A DNA stretch of 64,000 nt from Coniocarpon cinnabarinum (taxonomy: Eukaryota). The stretch spans positions 1-64,000 of the forward strand of contig JAVECO010000045.1 in NCBI GenBank assembly GCA_051942205.1. Reading direction: 5' to 3'. The notes beneath the pieces are model-generated. The model was not told where the DNA came from and ran no database searches. It was given only the letters and a program-made list of their open reading frames with translations. Position numbers and translations under genes: made by a program. Shown one piece after another: positions 12,582 to 23,970 of the stretch; the first letter of the stretch is position 1; the number at the start of each line of letters is the position of its first letter.

Positions 12582-15500
12582 ATGGCATCTGGAGCTTTTA
12601 GAGACTCACCAGGCCTCTCGGGCCGCAGTCCGCTCACACCGACACGCATCTCTCGATCTCGCTCCGCGTCCATGTCTTCGCAGCAGAGACCCCAAACTGC
12701 TTCTTCCGATGCTTCGTCGTCTGCTTTTCAAGATGCAATTGAAGAACAGGACCCCGAGCAGATCAATCGGGAATTCGATCACATCCGGCATCTGCTGTCG
12801 CTCGTGGGCTCTTCTACACATCAACCAGGCGGCATGGCTCAGTGGGCTTTCCCTCGAGCTTTTCGTGCCAATGTCAGTCAGAGACGCGTCATGGAGGAGC
12901 TGGAGGCGTTGCAGAGCATCGTCATGAAAGCAATGGAGACTGGATCTCAAGCGGGTGGTTCACAATTCGGCAGCAGGCCTGGCACGCCTAGGAATAGTAG
13001 CAGTCCTCTAGTTGCTGGACTGGGTTCTGGTAGCCCAGCTTTACGACCGACGACATTAGGCCCTGGTTTTGGCAAAAGTCTCGGTGGCGGATGGGATGAT
13101 GTCGCGGGCGACATGGATCTCTTGACACCCGTGGCTGAGGAGAAAGACGATCCGATCAAGAAGAGCTTGCAGGAGAGGAATGAGGAGTTGGTTGGGAATA
13201 ACGAAGAGACTAAAGAGAGACTTGGTGAAGCAAGGTCACAGATTGAGCGGCTTGAGGGGCTGCTAAAGACACATGAGGAGGAGGCTGGAAGTCTTCGGTC
13301 GAATATGAAGGAGCAAGAAGCGTCGAGAAGAGACTACGAGGGCTGGTTACGTGAGGCAGATGAGACACATCAGCAAAAGATGAACGAGATACAGGAGAAG
13401 CACCAGGAAACATTGGAGCAGTCACGGAGGGAGATGGAACACCTTAAGAAGACGCATAGAGACCAGCTTCAAGCAAGTCAAGAGCAAATAGAGCAAATGA
13501 ATCAAGCTATTGGGGATTACCAAGAGCAGATAGCTCACCTCAGACAGCAGCATGATGATGCGCGGAGTGAAGCCGCTACAAGGGATGAACGTATCATGAG
13601 TATGCAAACTGAGCATGATGAAGCTCTTTCGAAGTTGAAGGAGGGTCATGACCGGGATGTTACTGCCGTGACCCAAGCTCATGAAGCACAGCGAAGTGAT
13701 CATGAGCGTCAGCTGAAGGACTTGCGGAGTACGCACGAGCAAAAGCTTAACGAGAAAGTGGTAGAGATGTCAGACTTGCGGTCAGATCACGAGCAATCCA
13801 TGCGAGAGCTGCAACAGAACCACTCGAAAGCTATGGAAGATCGTGAACAAGCTCATCGAGAAGCGCTTCATCTGAAGGACTCCGAGATAGTAGACCTGCG
13901 AGAAAATCACAGGAAGTCAGTAGAAGTACAACGTGAGGCTCATCAAGAAGCTCTTGAGGTCAGGGACAAGGAGCTGCACCAGCTCAGGAAGGATCATGAT
14001 CAAGCTCTTGGAAGCTTGCATGAGAAGCATGATCAGTTGATTGGAAGTCAGTCGTATGATCATCAGAACGCTTTGCAGGAAAAGGACAGGCAGATAGACT
14101 CCCTCAAGAATGAACATGTAAGTGCTATACAGCAATTGGAGGCCCGTCATAGCGATCAACTTCTTGCGAAGGAGTCGCAATCCAAGTCAGACTCGGAAGC
14201 ATCGCACAAGAAGTTTCAGGATGCGAAGCAGACGTATGAACAGGAGACTGAAGAAATAAGAAGGGAAATTTCCAACCGTCAAGATCAGATTGAAAGGCTG
14301 CACGCGGATCATACTCAAACACTTGATCAAGCTACTGCAGATCATTTAAGAAAATCAGACGAATTGAAGGCACACTACGAAAATTTAATTACTGATTCCA
14401 CATCTGACCATGAACGAGAAATTGGCGTGTTAAATGACAAACACAACACGGATATTTCTGAGCTTTCCTCCAGAAATGAGGAAGCTTTGAACGAGCTCAG
14501 ACATCAGCTAGAAACCCTCAGTCACAACAAGGAAGCAGATAAGGAGGATTTTGAGAGGCAACTTTCGGCCAGAACGGATGAGGTGGAAAGCATACGAAAA
14601 GAGCATGAACAGTCATCTGTGGAAATACAAGCTGATCATTCAAGGGCTATAGAGAGTCAGAAAGTCAAGCATCAGCAAGCAATGGATGATCTTTCAGAGC
14701 AACACGAACGTCGCGAAAGGGAGTCCAATGTCAAACATGAGCGTCTGCTTCAAGATGCAAGGGGAGAACACGATCAACAACTTGGAAAAGCTCAAAAAAT
14801 GCATTCGAAGCAAGTGAAAGCGCTTGAGGAACAATTTTCTGAGCACAAAGCTACTGCTCAAGCCCAACGGATCTATCACGAACAAGCATGTGCGACTCTG
14901 GAACGCAGATTACAAGAGCAGATTCGAGCCCACGAGCAAGAGAAGGAGAGCATGTTGGAAGCTCATCGACAAGATATCAAGTCAAGGGACAGAGCTGTCT
15001 CGCATGAGGCTGACAATATAGATCGTGAGCATAAAGAGGAACTTAGAGAGCTGCAACAGGAACTAGATCGTGAACATGAAGAGAATCTCAAAGAGCTGCA
15101 ACAGAACATGGATCGTGAACATGAAGAAAAGATCAAAGAGCTGCAACAGAGTCATGCCGAGAGCTTGGCGACCGCACGAAGATTTCATCAGTCGAGACTT
15201 GAAGACGCTGAGCAAGCTTACTCGAGAGAGACTCACGAGCTGAATGAACAGCATCGGAGTGAGATCACGTCACTTGAAACAGAGCTCGAACAAGCTCAAC
15301 AAAATTATGCAAAAGCCCTCGATGATTCGGAGAAGTTGAATGCGACTCAGAAAAGTCTGCTAAGAGAAGCCAATGAAATGCGCATACGTGAACTAGAGGC
15401 TACTCACCAGGGCGGACTTGACAAACGCGACAAACTTCACGACGAGGAACTTTCAAGACTCGGAGAGGAACACGAGAGATCATTACAAGCCAGCAAGAAA

Positions 15501-18233
15501 CAAGACGAAGAGATGGTGCGTGATATTCGATCCAAGCATGGTCGCGCGCTTGACATGGAACGAAAAACCCAACGTGAGGCTGAAGAGAGACAACAGAATC
15601 TGCTCACGCAGCTCGATGAGGAAAAACAGAAACACGCAGAGACCAGAGCCAACCATGAGCAAGAGCTTGCTACTCTTGTTGAACGGCATCGAGGAGAGTC
15701 AAGTCAATCCGGCAAGGATCTTCATGACCGACTTGCCCAGCATGAACGTGAGCATGCTGGTGAGATCTCGAACCTGAGAAACCAACACGAGAAGGCTCTT
15801 GAGGATGTCCGATCGTCGAAAGAAGCTTACTTCGAAGATGTGAGTACTTCTCATGCTGAGGAGATAGATGCATTGAAACGAAAAGGCATTGATCAGCTCG
15901 CGGAAGCCCAGCGGGTACATGAGCGTACTGTTGAAGAACTTAGAGCTACGCATGGGAACCACGTCAAGGTTATGGAGACAACAAATCAACAGCAGCTTGA
16001 TGAGGTTCGTTCAGACCATCAGCGGGACCTTGATCAGCACAACACTGAACAGCTTCAACATCTTCGGCTATCCCATAACGCTCAGGTCGATGATCTTCAG
16101 GCGCAACACGCTTCTCTGCTCGAAGAGGTCCGATCTTCGCATGCCGATCAGCTGGCAAAATTACAGGAAGATCATGTCAAGGCACTCGAGGACCAGAAGC
16201 GCGAACTGCAAGAAAGGCTTGAGTTCCTGCAACAAAATCATGACGCAAGCCTTGAGCGACTTCATGCAGAGTTCAAGCAACATTTTGAGCAACAGCAGCA
16301 ATCTCATAGTGACAACGTAAAGGAGCTACAAAACAGTATCAACTCGTTACGTGGCGAGCACGAGGCTTCTGTTCGTCATCTTAGGCTGGAGCATGAAGGA
16401 ATCCTGGCCGCTGAAAAGTCTGCGAGTAATGTTAAACTTGCTGAACTTGAAGCGAAACTTGCCAGCCAGGAGCTGGAAGAGGACGACTTTGATCTTATCA
16501 ATCGTGATGAGATGATTGAACAAGAGCGTAAAACATGGGAGTCTGTTCAAGCTGAGATCGAAGCCAAGCATCGTGCAAGCTTGGAGCAAGCTGAAGAAGA
16601 TTATAGAAAAATCCTAGCAGAGAAGGAGGGAGATTTGCAGCAACGACTTGAAGAAGGTTACCAAGTTCAACTGTCTGATCGTGATGCTCGACTCAAAGCT
16701 CAAACGGATCAGTTGGCTGAGTCTTTAAAGACACGCGATCTGCTCAGTAACGAGGTTACTACGCTTCGCCAACGACTTACTGGAGTATCTCAGAGGTTGT
16801 ATGAAGCTGAACGTATTCAGGAGGCTCTTCTTGAACGATCTTCGTCACGTCGTGAGAGTGGTAACAACACTACGAACAACAGTCATAGCAACAGTGCTAA
16901 CAATAGTGCCAACGCAACTGCTACTCCATCAAGACCTACTAGTCGCCAACAAATCCATGGTCCTAGCCAAGCCATGACACCCTCACGTTGGATGCCGTCG
17001 AGTAATGTACCCATGACACCTGAAGGCCAAACTCAAGACAAGAATCTCGTGGAGTTGAGTGCGCAGCTTGCATCGTCACAAAAGAGCAATGCAGAGCTCA
17101 CACGCCTTAACAATGAAATGAGGTCTCATCTCAACGCGATTCAGAAAGCAAGTCCCTCTTCACCTGGCTCATTGTTAGCCACAGGAAGGTTCTCGTTGGA
17201 TTCTCAGAGGCCAGCTTTCTGGGCTGGCGAAGATTCCATCCAAGTGGCAAAGGAACAATTGTTCAGCGAGTATCGACATAGGCTCGAGGCAATCGTTCGT
17301 GATGAAATATCTCGTGAGGGAAAGGACAAAGACGCACAAGGATCGGTTGACATTGCGCGAAGAGAACTGCAACTTGTACACAAGGGTAGTATGGCCAACC
17401 TTCGCGCAGAGGCTTCTAAAGGCAATATTCAAGGTACCTCCATGCCATCCACAGGAGAGCAAACATCGGGCGCGTCCGTGGAAGATGACGGCTTTGTTCT
17501 CACACCGCAGCCACGCAAACAGCCACGACCCTTGCAAAGCACTCAAAAGTATCATCGTGATCTAGCTGATCATATCTCTGCACAAGTTTCAGCTCATGAC
17601 CTCTCCATTTCGCCTGATCAATTTGAGAGTCTTGCCTATCGCAATGCATCGAGGAGGGAGTCTCAAAGCCATGCAGCTGCCATGGAGCCTCAGCGAAAGT
17701 ACAGTGCACAGTCGCGATCTCCAACGTCCCCTTCGATCGGTTTGGAAAGCAAACACAATCCCCAGTTCGCGCAACGTTACACGTACCCGGAAGCCGCAAC
17801 CACACCTCGCACACACGAATCAACAAAACCTGGTAGAGACAGATTCACGAAACCTAAGCAAGAAGCCCTAGCTGGGGAGGACGACCAAAGAGGACCCCTT
17901 CGAGTCGTCAACGGAGCATCAGCAGAAGAGACCCCTGAATTCAATGAGGCGAACAACACTCATGCACATGGCCGACAAAAATCCAAACGTGACAGTGTCC
18001 TACTGCAGATGCGGAAGAGCTCACGAGAGAGGGCTGCCGAGAGATATGGGGCCTCCAAACAGGCCGGAATGCTTGAAAGTCAACATGGCAGGCCTAAGCA
18101 CCGAGGGGCGAAGTCTTCTGATCTCCAGAACACTGGTCCAGGTTCAGGCATACCGAAGTCAAAGGACAGCCAGAATAAGGGACGAAGTATGGCGGAAAGA
18201 CAGAGCATTGCAATAACTGCACAACGGAAGTAG
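12582..18233 (+). CDS. 1883-aa intronless protein with a very long His/Glu/Gln-rich coiled coil and disordered S/P-rich ends; function unknown
   Basis: 5.6-kb uninterrupted ORF with helical charged periodicity over about 1200 aa. Confidence 0.85.
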   Translation: MASGAFRDSPGLSGRSPLTPTRISRSRSASMSSQQRPQTASSDASSSAFQDAIEEQDPEQINREFDHIRHLLSLVGSSTHQPGGMAQWAFPRAFRANVSQRRVMEELEALQSIVMKAMETGSQAGGSQFGSRPGTPRNSSSPLVAGLGSGSPALRPTTLGPGFGKSLGGGWDDVAGDMDLLTPVAEEKDDPIKKSLQERNEELVGNNEETKERLGEARSQIERLEGLLKTHEEEAGSLRSNMKEQEASRRDYEGWLREADETHQQKMNEIQEKHQETLEQSRREMEHLKKTHRDQLQASQEQIEQMNQAIGDYQEQIAHLRQQHDDARSEAATRDERIMSMQTEHDEALSKLKEGHDRDVTAVTQAHEAQRSDHERQLKDLRSTHEQKLNEKVVEMSDLRSDHEQSMRELQQNHSKAMEDREQAHREALHLKDSEIVDLRENHRKSVEVQREAHQEALEVRDKELHQLRKDHDQALGSLHEKHDQLIGSQSYDHQNALQEKDRQIDSLKNEHVSAIQQLEARHSDQLLAKESQSKSDSEASHKKFQDAKQTYEQETEEIRREISNRQDQIERLHADHTQTLDQATADHLRKSDELKAHYENLITDSTSDHEREIGVLNDKHNTDISELSSRNEEALNELRHQLETLSHNKEADKEDFERQLSARTDEVESIRKEHEQSSVEIQADHSRAIESQKVKHQQAMDDLSEQHERRERESNVKHERLLQDARGEHDQQLGKAQKMHSKQVKALEEQFSEHKATAQAQRIYHEQACATLERRLQEQIRAHEQEKESMLEAHRQDIKSRDRAVSHEADNIDREHKEELRELQQELDREHEENLKELQQNMDREHEEKIKELQQSHAESLATARRFHQSRLEDAEQAYSRETHELNEQHRSEITSLETELEQAQQNYAKALDDSEKLNATQKSLLREANEMRIRELEATHQGGLDKRDKLHDEELSRLGEEHERSLQASKKQDEEMVRDIRSKHGRALDMERKTQREAEERQQNLLTQLDEEKQKHAETRANHEQELATLVERHRGESSQSGKDLHDRLAQHEREHAGEISNLRNQHEKALEDVRSSKEAYFEDVSTSHAEEIDALKRKGIDQLAEAQRVHERTVEELRATHGNHVKVMETTNQQQLDEVRSDHQRDLDQHNTEQLQHLRLSHNAQVDDLQAQHASLLEEVRSSHADQLAKLQEDHVKALEDQKRELQERLEFLQQNHDASLERLHAEFKQHFEQQQQSHSDNVKELQNSINSLRGEHEASVRHLRLEHEGILAAEKSASNVKLAELEAKLASQELEEDDFDLINRDEMIEQERKTWESVQAEIEAKHRASLEQAEEDYRKILAEKEGDLQQRLEEGYQVQLSDRDARLKAQTDQLAESLKTRDLLSNEVTTLRQRLTGVSQRLYEAERIQEALLERSSSRRESGNNTTNNSHSNSANNSANATATPSRPTSRQQIHGPSQAMTPSRWMPSSNVPMTPEGQTQDKNLVELSAQLASSQKSNAELTRLNNEMRSHLNAIQKASPSSPGSLLATGRFSLDSQRPAFWAGEDSIQVAKEQLFSEYRHRLEAIVRDEISREGKDKDAQGSVDIARRELQLVHKGSMANLRAEASKGNIQGTSMPSTGEQTSGASVEDDGFVLTPQPRKQPRPLQSTQKYHRDLADHISAQVSAHDLSISPDQFESLAYRNASRRESQSHAAAMEPQRKYSAQSRSPTSPSIGLESKHNPQFAQRYTYPEAATTPRTHESTKPGRDRFTKPKQEALAGEDDQRGPLRVVNGASAEETPEFNEANNTHAHGRQKSKRDSVLLQMRKSSRERAAERYGASKQAGMLESQHGRPKHRGAKSSDLQNTGPGSGIPKSKDSQNKGRSMAERQSIAITAQRK
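15021..15150 (+). repeat. 45-nt (15-aa) coding tandem repeat, about 3 copies (DREHxExLxELQQxx)
   Basis: DREHKEELRELQQEL / DREHEENLKELQQNM / DREHEEKIKELQQS. Confidence 0.85.
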
Positions 18234-18733
18234 TATCTCTGTAATTGTAGGATACCTAGGAGACGATAGGTCAGTAAAGACAATCTCGTAACCGCATCAT
18301 CTCGTCTTGCATATCTCAGACTCAATTGAACACCGACCACACGTCTATCATCGAAGCCATCACGTGATATAGCAGAGCTTCGGATTTGGGCCGTCAAACA
18401 CGGAAACCTTCCGTATGCTTGGCGCTGAGCTTGTGACGTCCGCAAAAGCGCGCAGCTGCGATGTTCCTTACCAGCACAAAGCTTGACCACATGATGATTG
18501 CTTGACGTTGTATGCTCTCCGGCTCTGACGGCATATTTGACGACCTCACATTCGATTCGAAGCATTCATTTTGGAACAGGGACCTCACTCCGGCGGCTTA
18601 CCTGCATCAGCTGCACCTAACAGGACCGACTAGGCAATCCATTTCAATTCCCCTAGCCTGACTGAGGAGCTCAACGATTGACCAGCGTATGCTGGTAGAA
18701 CTCTGAGCTGACGAACCTTTGAGAGCGTGTGTC

Positions 18734-20258
18734 ATGGACGACCCGGCGAATGACTTTGACTCTGTGCAATGGACGCAAGAGCAAGAACGATCCTCGAGTC
18801 CTGAGATTCCTCAGAGTCCGCCGCAGAAACTCAAGTCAAATGGCAAGAGACGACAATCTGGCCATAACAAGTCCAATTCACAAAGTCGACCACCGGATCC
18901 GGCTGAGCTTCAAAAGCAGGGGTTTCTAGAATGCACGGTTGAGAACCCTCAAAAGGAAGCGGATGGGACGAAAGAGGCATATGTTTCATACCTTGTAGTA
19001 ACAAATGTGGGTAGCAAGAGGTAGTCTTTCGCGGCGTAATTGGGCTAATAAAATATCCTAGTCTGATTTCAAGGTCTTCCAAAAGGACCACTTCTCTGTC
19101 CGACGGCGCTTTACAGATTTCGTATACCTTTACACAACTTTGTTCAGACAGTACCCTCACATCGCAGTTCCGCCTCTTCCCGAGAAGCACAATATTCAGT
19201 ATGTCCGCGGTGACCGCTTTGCTACAGAGTTCACAAGCCGACGAGCACATGCGCTCAATCGATTTATACGCCGCATCACACTACATCCTGTCCTCCGACG
19301 AAATGCCACCTTCATGCAATTCCTCGAGACCCCCGACTGGAATGCGACTATGCGTGGTAAGAACATGCGTGCGTCGTCTATAGACGGGGGTCAAGCCGCA
19401 ACGATTGGTGTCAATCCTGCCGCAGCGTCCAGTCAGAGCGCATTTGAGACTTTTCAAGATTGGAGTATCAACTTGTTCACCAAACCGCACAAACCCGACA
19501 AGCGCTTTTCAGATGTGCGCGAGAAGGCCAACAAGCTCGATGAGGATCTTAATCACGTCGAGAAGATTGTGGCGCGGGTCGCGAGGCGAGAAGGAGATCT
19601 CGAAGCAGATTATGCAGATCTAGCGACTCAGTTCCACAAGCTGGTCAACATGGAGCCTGGAGTTGGTCAGGAGTTGACATCCTTCTCCTCGAGCGTCGAG
19701 ACGACCAGCCAAGGAATGAAGAAGCTACGAGAAGCCACAGATCAAGATTACCTGGGGAGTCTTCGCGACATGTCGAGTTACGTCGCCGCTCTCAAAGCTC
19801 TCCTGAAGTTGCGCGAACAGAAACAAGTCGATTTCGAGGCCTTGACAGATTATCTCAACAAAGCTGCGAACGAGCGTGATTCGCTGGCCTCGCACTCGAG
19901 CGCCGGATCGCTTTCTGGCAGCGCAGCATCCTTCATTCGAAACAAAGTCGAAGACGTGCGCGGTGTCGATCATGAGCAGTCTCGAAGGGATCGATTACGC
20001 AAGACCGAGATGCAGATCGACCGGCTGACGCGAGAGGTCGAAGAGGCGAAAAAGACGAGTGAGGCGTTTGATGAGCAAGTGGTCAATGAAGTGAATGAGT
20101 TTGAGCGCATCAAGGCGTGTGAGTTCAAAGACACATTGGGTGGGTTGGCGGATGCACAGATGGCATTTTGGCGACAGAGCATTGATACATGGGAGGAATT
20201 CTTGAAGGGTATGGAGGCGGAGGGAGGGGCGCAGGAGGAGCAACAAGGTCAGAGGTGA
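18734..20258 (+). CDS. SNX4: Sorting nexin-4 (PX-BAR, Atg24); intron about 19007-19061
   Basis: PX motifs (PQKEADGTKEAYVSYLV, VRRRFTDF, AVPPLPEKH..YVRGDRF) and BAR region with KVEDVRGVDHEQSRR. Confidence 0.93.
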
Positions 20259-20434
20259 TGTGGTTGGTACTTGAGGGGGTAATGAGTGGGTTTGGTAGGA
20301 TCCTCATGCGTGTCTATGATTCAAACGATGGTCCAGGAACTGTCATTGAAGAAGTATTTGTTCGTCATCAACACAGATATTCATCAACTACGTGGCCGCA
20401 ATATTCAGGCATTCAAGTAATTTTCACTTTAGCT

Positions 20435-20488
20435 CGCGTCACCACCGCGTCTTGACGCGTCCTCCAACATCTCTCTTCGACCCCGCGT
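20435..20488. promoter_or_regulatory. Cluster of MCB-like (ACGCGT/CGCGT) G1/S elements upstream of PCNA
   Basis: Four CGCGT cores in about 55 nt, including ACGCGT at 20455-20460. Confidence 0.6.
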
Positions 20489-20623
20489 GTTTTCTGTCTG
20501 GACCTTGTCCCTTCCCACTGCGAAATTCACTGCCCATCTTCCTAGTCAAGCTTGTCATCGAGGTTGAGGAATCTCCCACTCGAGCAATTACCCAACTCCT
20601 TATTCACACACCCATCGCTCAAG

Positions 20624-21932
20624 AGTACGCCACTGCCCCGCCTCGAGCAACCCTGCACGTTTGAAGAATGCTGATACGTGTGTATAGTGCTCGAAGCACG
20701 CTTAGAACAGGCGCAAATGCTGAAGAAGGTACATCGAATACTTTATGTTTCGTGCAGCCCGCTCCTCAAGACATTACACTCTCAAGACGGACCCTCTCAA
20801 TCGGCTCGTTCCACACATTCTGACCTCGTCCTACGTTCACTCATGACCTGTCCCTGCATCGATTGAGGCTACAATCACACTCTTTGCTATGATCAAGACG
20901 TCAGGATACTGAAAGCTGACGGTTCCAGGTCGTCGACGCAATCAAAGACCTCGTCCAAGATTGCAACTTCGACTGCAATGACTCTGGCATTGCTCTTCAA
21001 GCTATGGACAACTCACACGTGGCGCTTGTGTCGATGTTGTTGAGTGCGAGTGCTTTTGCGCCATTTCGGTGTGATCGGAATATTGCGTTGGGTATTAACC
21101 TGAATTCGTTGACCAAGGTGCGTCGTCGCCGCTTTGATTACTCCTTCCCATCAGCTCCTAGACGAGCTTGCCTGCGAGGCAGAGTAATCGCGCAGTCTTT
21201 AGTAGAGTCGAGCTTCTGGCGACGCTAGATTTGTATCCGTCAACTCTCTACACGCCGTTCCCTGACACTCCCGTCGTCCACTGTCACTCACTGTCCTGCA
21301 CGACGTTCGCTAACCCTCACCTCTGCAACACAGGTCCTCCGCTGCGCCCAAAACGAAGACATCCTCACCCTCAAAGCCGACGACTCCCCCGACGTCGTCA
21401 ACCTCGTCTTCGAATCCTCCGAATCCGACCGCATGTCCGAATACGACATCAAGCTCATGGACATCGACCAAGAGCACCTCGGCATCCCCGAAACCCAATA
21501 CGCCGCCACCATCACGTTGCCGTCTTCGGAATTCCAGAGAATCTGCCGGGACCTCTCCGCGCTCTCCGAGTCCGTGGCCATCGAATGCACGAAAGAGGGC
21601 GTGAAGTTCGCGTGTAATGGTGATATTGGGAGTGGTGCCACGACGTTGCGGAGTCACACTAATGTCGATAAGCCTGAGTTGAATGTCGATATTGCGCTCA
21701 GCGAGCCGGTGGCGCTCACGTTTAGTTTGAAATACCTTGTCAATTTTTGTAAGGCGAGTGGGCTGAGTGGGAGTGTCAAGTTGTGTTTGAGCAATGAGGT
21801 GCCGTTGCTGGTGGAGTATCAGTTGCAGAGCGGGAGTCATTTGCGGTTTTATCTGGCGCCCAAGGTGAGTTTGCTTCTGTTTTGGGGCAATGTGGGAGTG
21901 CTAATATGGTGTAGATTGGGGATGATGAGTAG
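20624..21932 (+). CDS. POL30: Proliferating cell nuclear antigen; coding exons 20624 (A of ATG), 20688-20728, 20929-21117, 21334-21864, 21915-21932
   Basis: [30 protein letters not shown]...[11 protein letters not shown]...[13 protein letters not shown]. Four GT-AG introns. Confidence 0.97.
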
Positions 21933-23422
21933 ATGGACTGTGAATGTGAGGCCAATGTACGTCTACGAGTCCCGCTATGGACTCGATTGAAGGCATGAGT
22001 CAGAGCGAGGAGTCGTTCCATTGAGTGTTACGCGTGTGATGAGTATGAGAGAGAAGACAAAACGACTTGAATAGACGTGTTGCATTGCATCGGCGGAGTC
22101 GGAAGTCACATCTGTATATGTATCTCTTCCGCAACAGAGTCCAGCAGCAGGACCCGCTTGATTGCCCACACGTTTCCGAGTAATTCCCACGCCTCGAGCG
22201 TTGTGTCTCCAGCTCTGCACGCGTGCAGACGATGACAGTGATCTTCCTGACTGCGACTGCGGTTACTACGGACGAGAGGCTGAGCCGTCGCATAGTGTTT
22301 GCCTCGCATCGCGTCCGGCGCTGCTTGCTGAGGTCATGTCGCTCAGCCGTCTATTGATAATTCTCGAATGCGATTCAAGGCGTCATTGCGACTTGCGCTG
22401 TGTTTCTCGCTGGCGGCTCGCTTCGCGTCGCCGTCATGTCCGCTCGTCGAACGTGGCACTGAAAATGAAAGTACTTGATCTTGACCTGCAAGAACACAGT
22501 CGCAGAGTATTGATCCATGCGTAGCAGATCGGTCAGCGGTGCGAGATCGAGATAGAGAAGAGCGAAGAGAGGAGCGAAGAGAGGATATGAATAAAGAAAC
22601 AGATGTGCTTGTAACAGATATGTTTGTACTGCGACGGATGAAATATATTATGCTATTGTGAGATTCAGGGGACGTGCACTGCAACTGACGAGGCATCCCC
22701 CGTTTCGTGACGCGAAGATACGGTTTTTTTCGTGATATGCAGAGCGGTTTGCTTTGATGAGGTAAAGAGTTTAAATAGCAGCACGTATGCGCTGACGCGG
22801 GCAAGTCCACCAGTGATTAATGCTCAGTCAAAGAGAGTGAGCACGGTCTGAAGGAGTGACGGACACTGTTTCGCGGTTTGGCTTCGGAACAGCAAGTCGA
22901 GAGTGTACGTCGAGTCGTGAGACTTGCGATGTTCTATTCACTTCGAGAGATGCGCAAGGGCTAGCTGGTCTTACGTCTGTGACAAGGCGACGTGTTTGCA
23001 TGGCGGATTGGGTATCCAAAAAGCGTGCAATGATGGGCGATGAGAGGGACATGTGGGTGTGGTAGCTGTGATGGGTGCATGAGGCGTTTGTAGCGCGGTG
23101 GCTCACATCACGACGCATGCCTTGTGCGTTGAGTAACTCCAGCGCGATGATCGCCTCGAAGCGGCGAGGTTTTGGCTGGAGGATATGTTCAAACAGTCGG
23201 GTTATCGTTTCTAGACCGAGATGACGGCAACATGATCAGTTGCGTTGTGCCAACAGCACTAGTAATCTCTTCGCGACCTCATTCACTCACCCAGTCTGTT
23301 CAATGCCGCGCGGTGGAAGCTTCTCACGCAAGAAGTGGAACCCTCTTCAAGTGCAGATTGCAAACAAACACCTGAGGACGGAGCAAGGTGTCACTTGCAG
23401 CAAACAACCAAACTCTAGGACC

Positions 23423-23455
23423 AACATAACATGACATAACATAACATAACATGAC
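23423..23455. repeat. (CATAA/CATGA)n pentanucleotide microsatellite
   Basis: caacataacatgacataacataacataacatgac. Confidence 0.8.
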
Positions 23456-23496
23456 GGGTGGAGACCAGCTCAACACTCGATGCATTTCTTGAGAAA

Positions 23497-23970
23497 TCAA
23501 ACGCGCGAACCAAACTTCATGTTCTTGTCCTTCAAATACTCACTGACGATCGGGTTCTTCTCCCCGTTTGGACCCCGGTACCCAAAAAGCTTCTTCGGCG
23601 GCAGCGCATCCTTGTCCTTGGGCACACACGCATTGAAAACCACCTCATTATACGGACGCTGGTGCAAGCCCAGGTTGGTGGTTTTCATGTTCGCCGCCGG
23701 CAGCATGTGGCCGGGATGAAAGGTGTCCCACGTGGCAAACTTCCTGCGCTCCATGAAGGTGTCAGGGTACTGCTTGACGCTCTCCGTGATCGACTTTTCT
23801 TTGATGACCTTGACCTCCTTGTCGTCGTTGACCTTGGGGGGAACTTTGCCATTTTGCCACTCGGGCAGGCTGGCGAACCATTCGGTGAAGATTCTCCAGG
23901 TCTCGGGGTTGTGGGTCACTTCACTGCTCCAGACGAAGGTTTTGACGTCATGAAGATATCTGGCGGCCAT
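23497..23970 (-). CDS. Orphan 157-aa intronless protein
   Basis: ATG-started ORF with C/G-ending codon bias, TATAAG about 95 nt upstream, pyrimidine/CA-rich leader. Confidence 0.65.
   Translation of the reverse strand: MAARYLHDVKTFVWSSEVTHNPETWRIFTEWFASLPEWQNGKVPPKVNDDKEVKVIKEKSITESVKQYPDTFMERRKFATWDTFHPGHMLPAANMKTTNLGLHQRPYNEVVFNACVPKDKDALPPKKLFGYRGPNGEKNPIVSEYLKDKNMKFGSRV

Noticed and set aside
18491..18530. ATGATGA...CTGA as a C/D snoRNA
   Set aside because: Too short, with no terminal stem and no recognisable rRNA guide.
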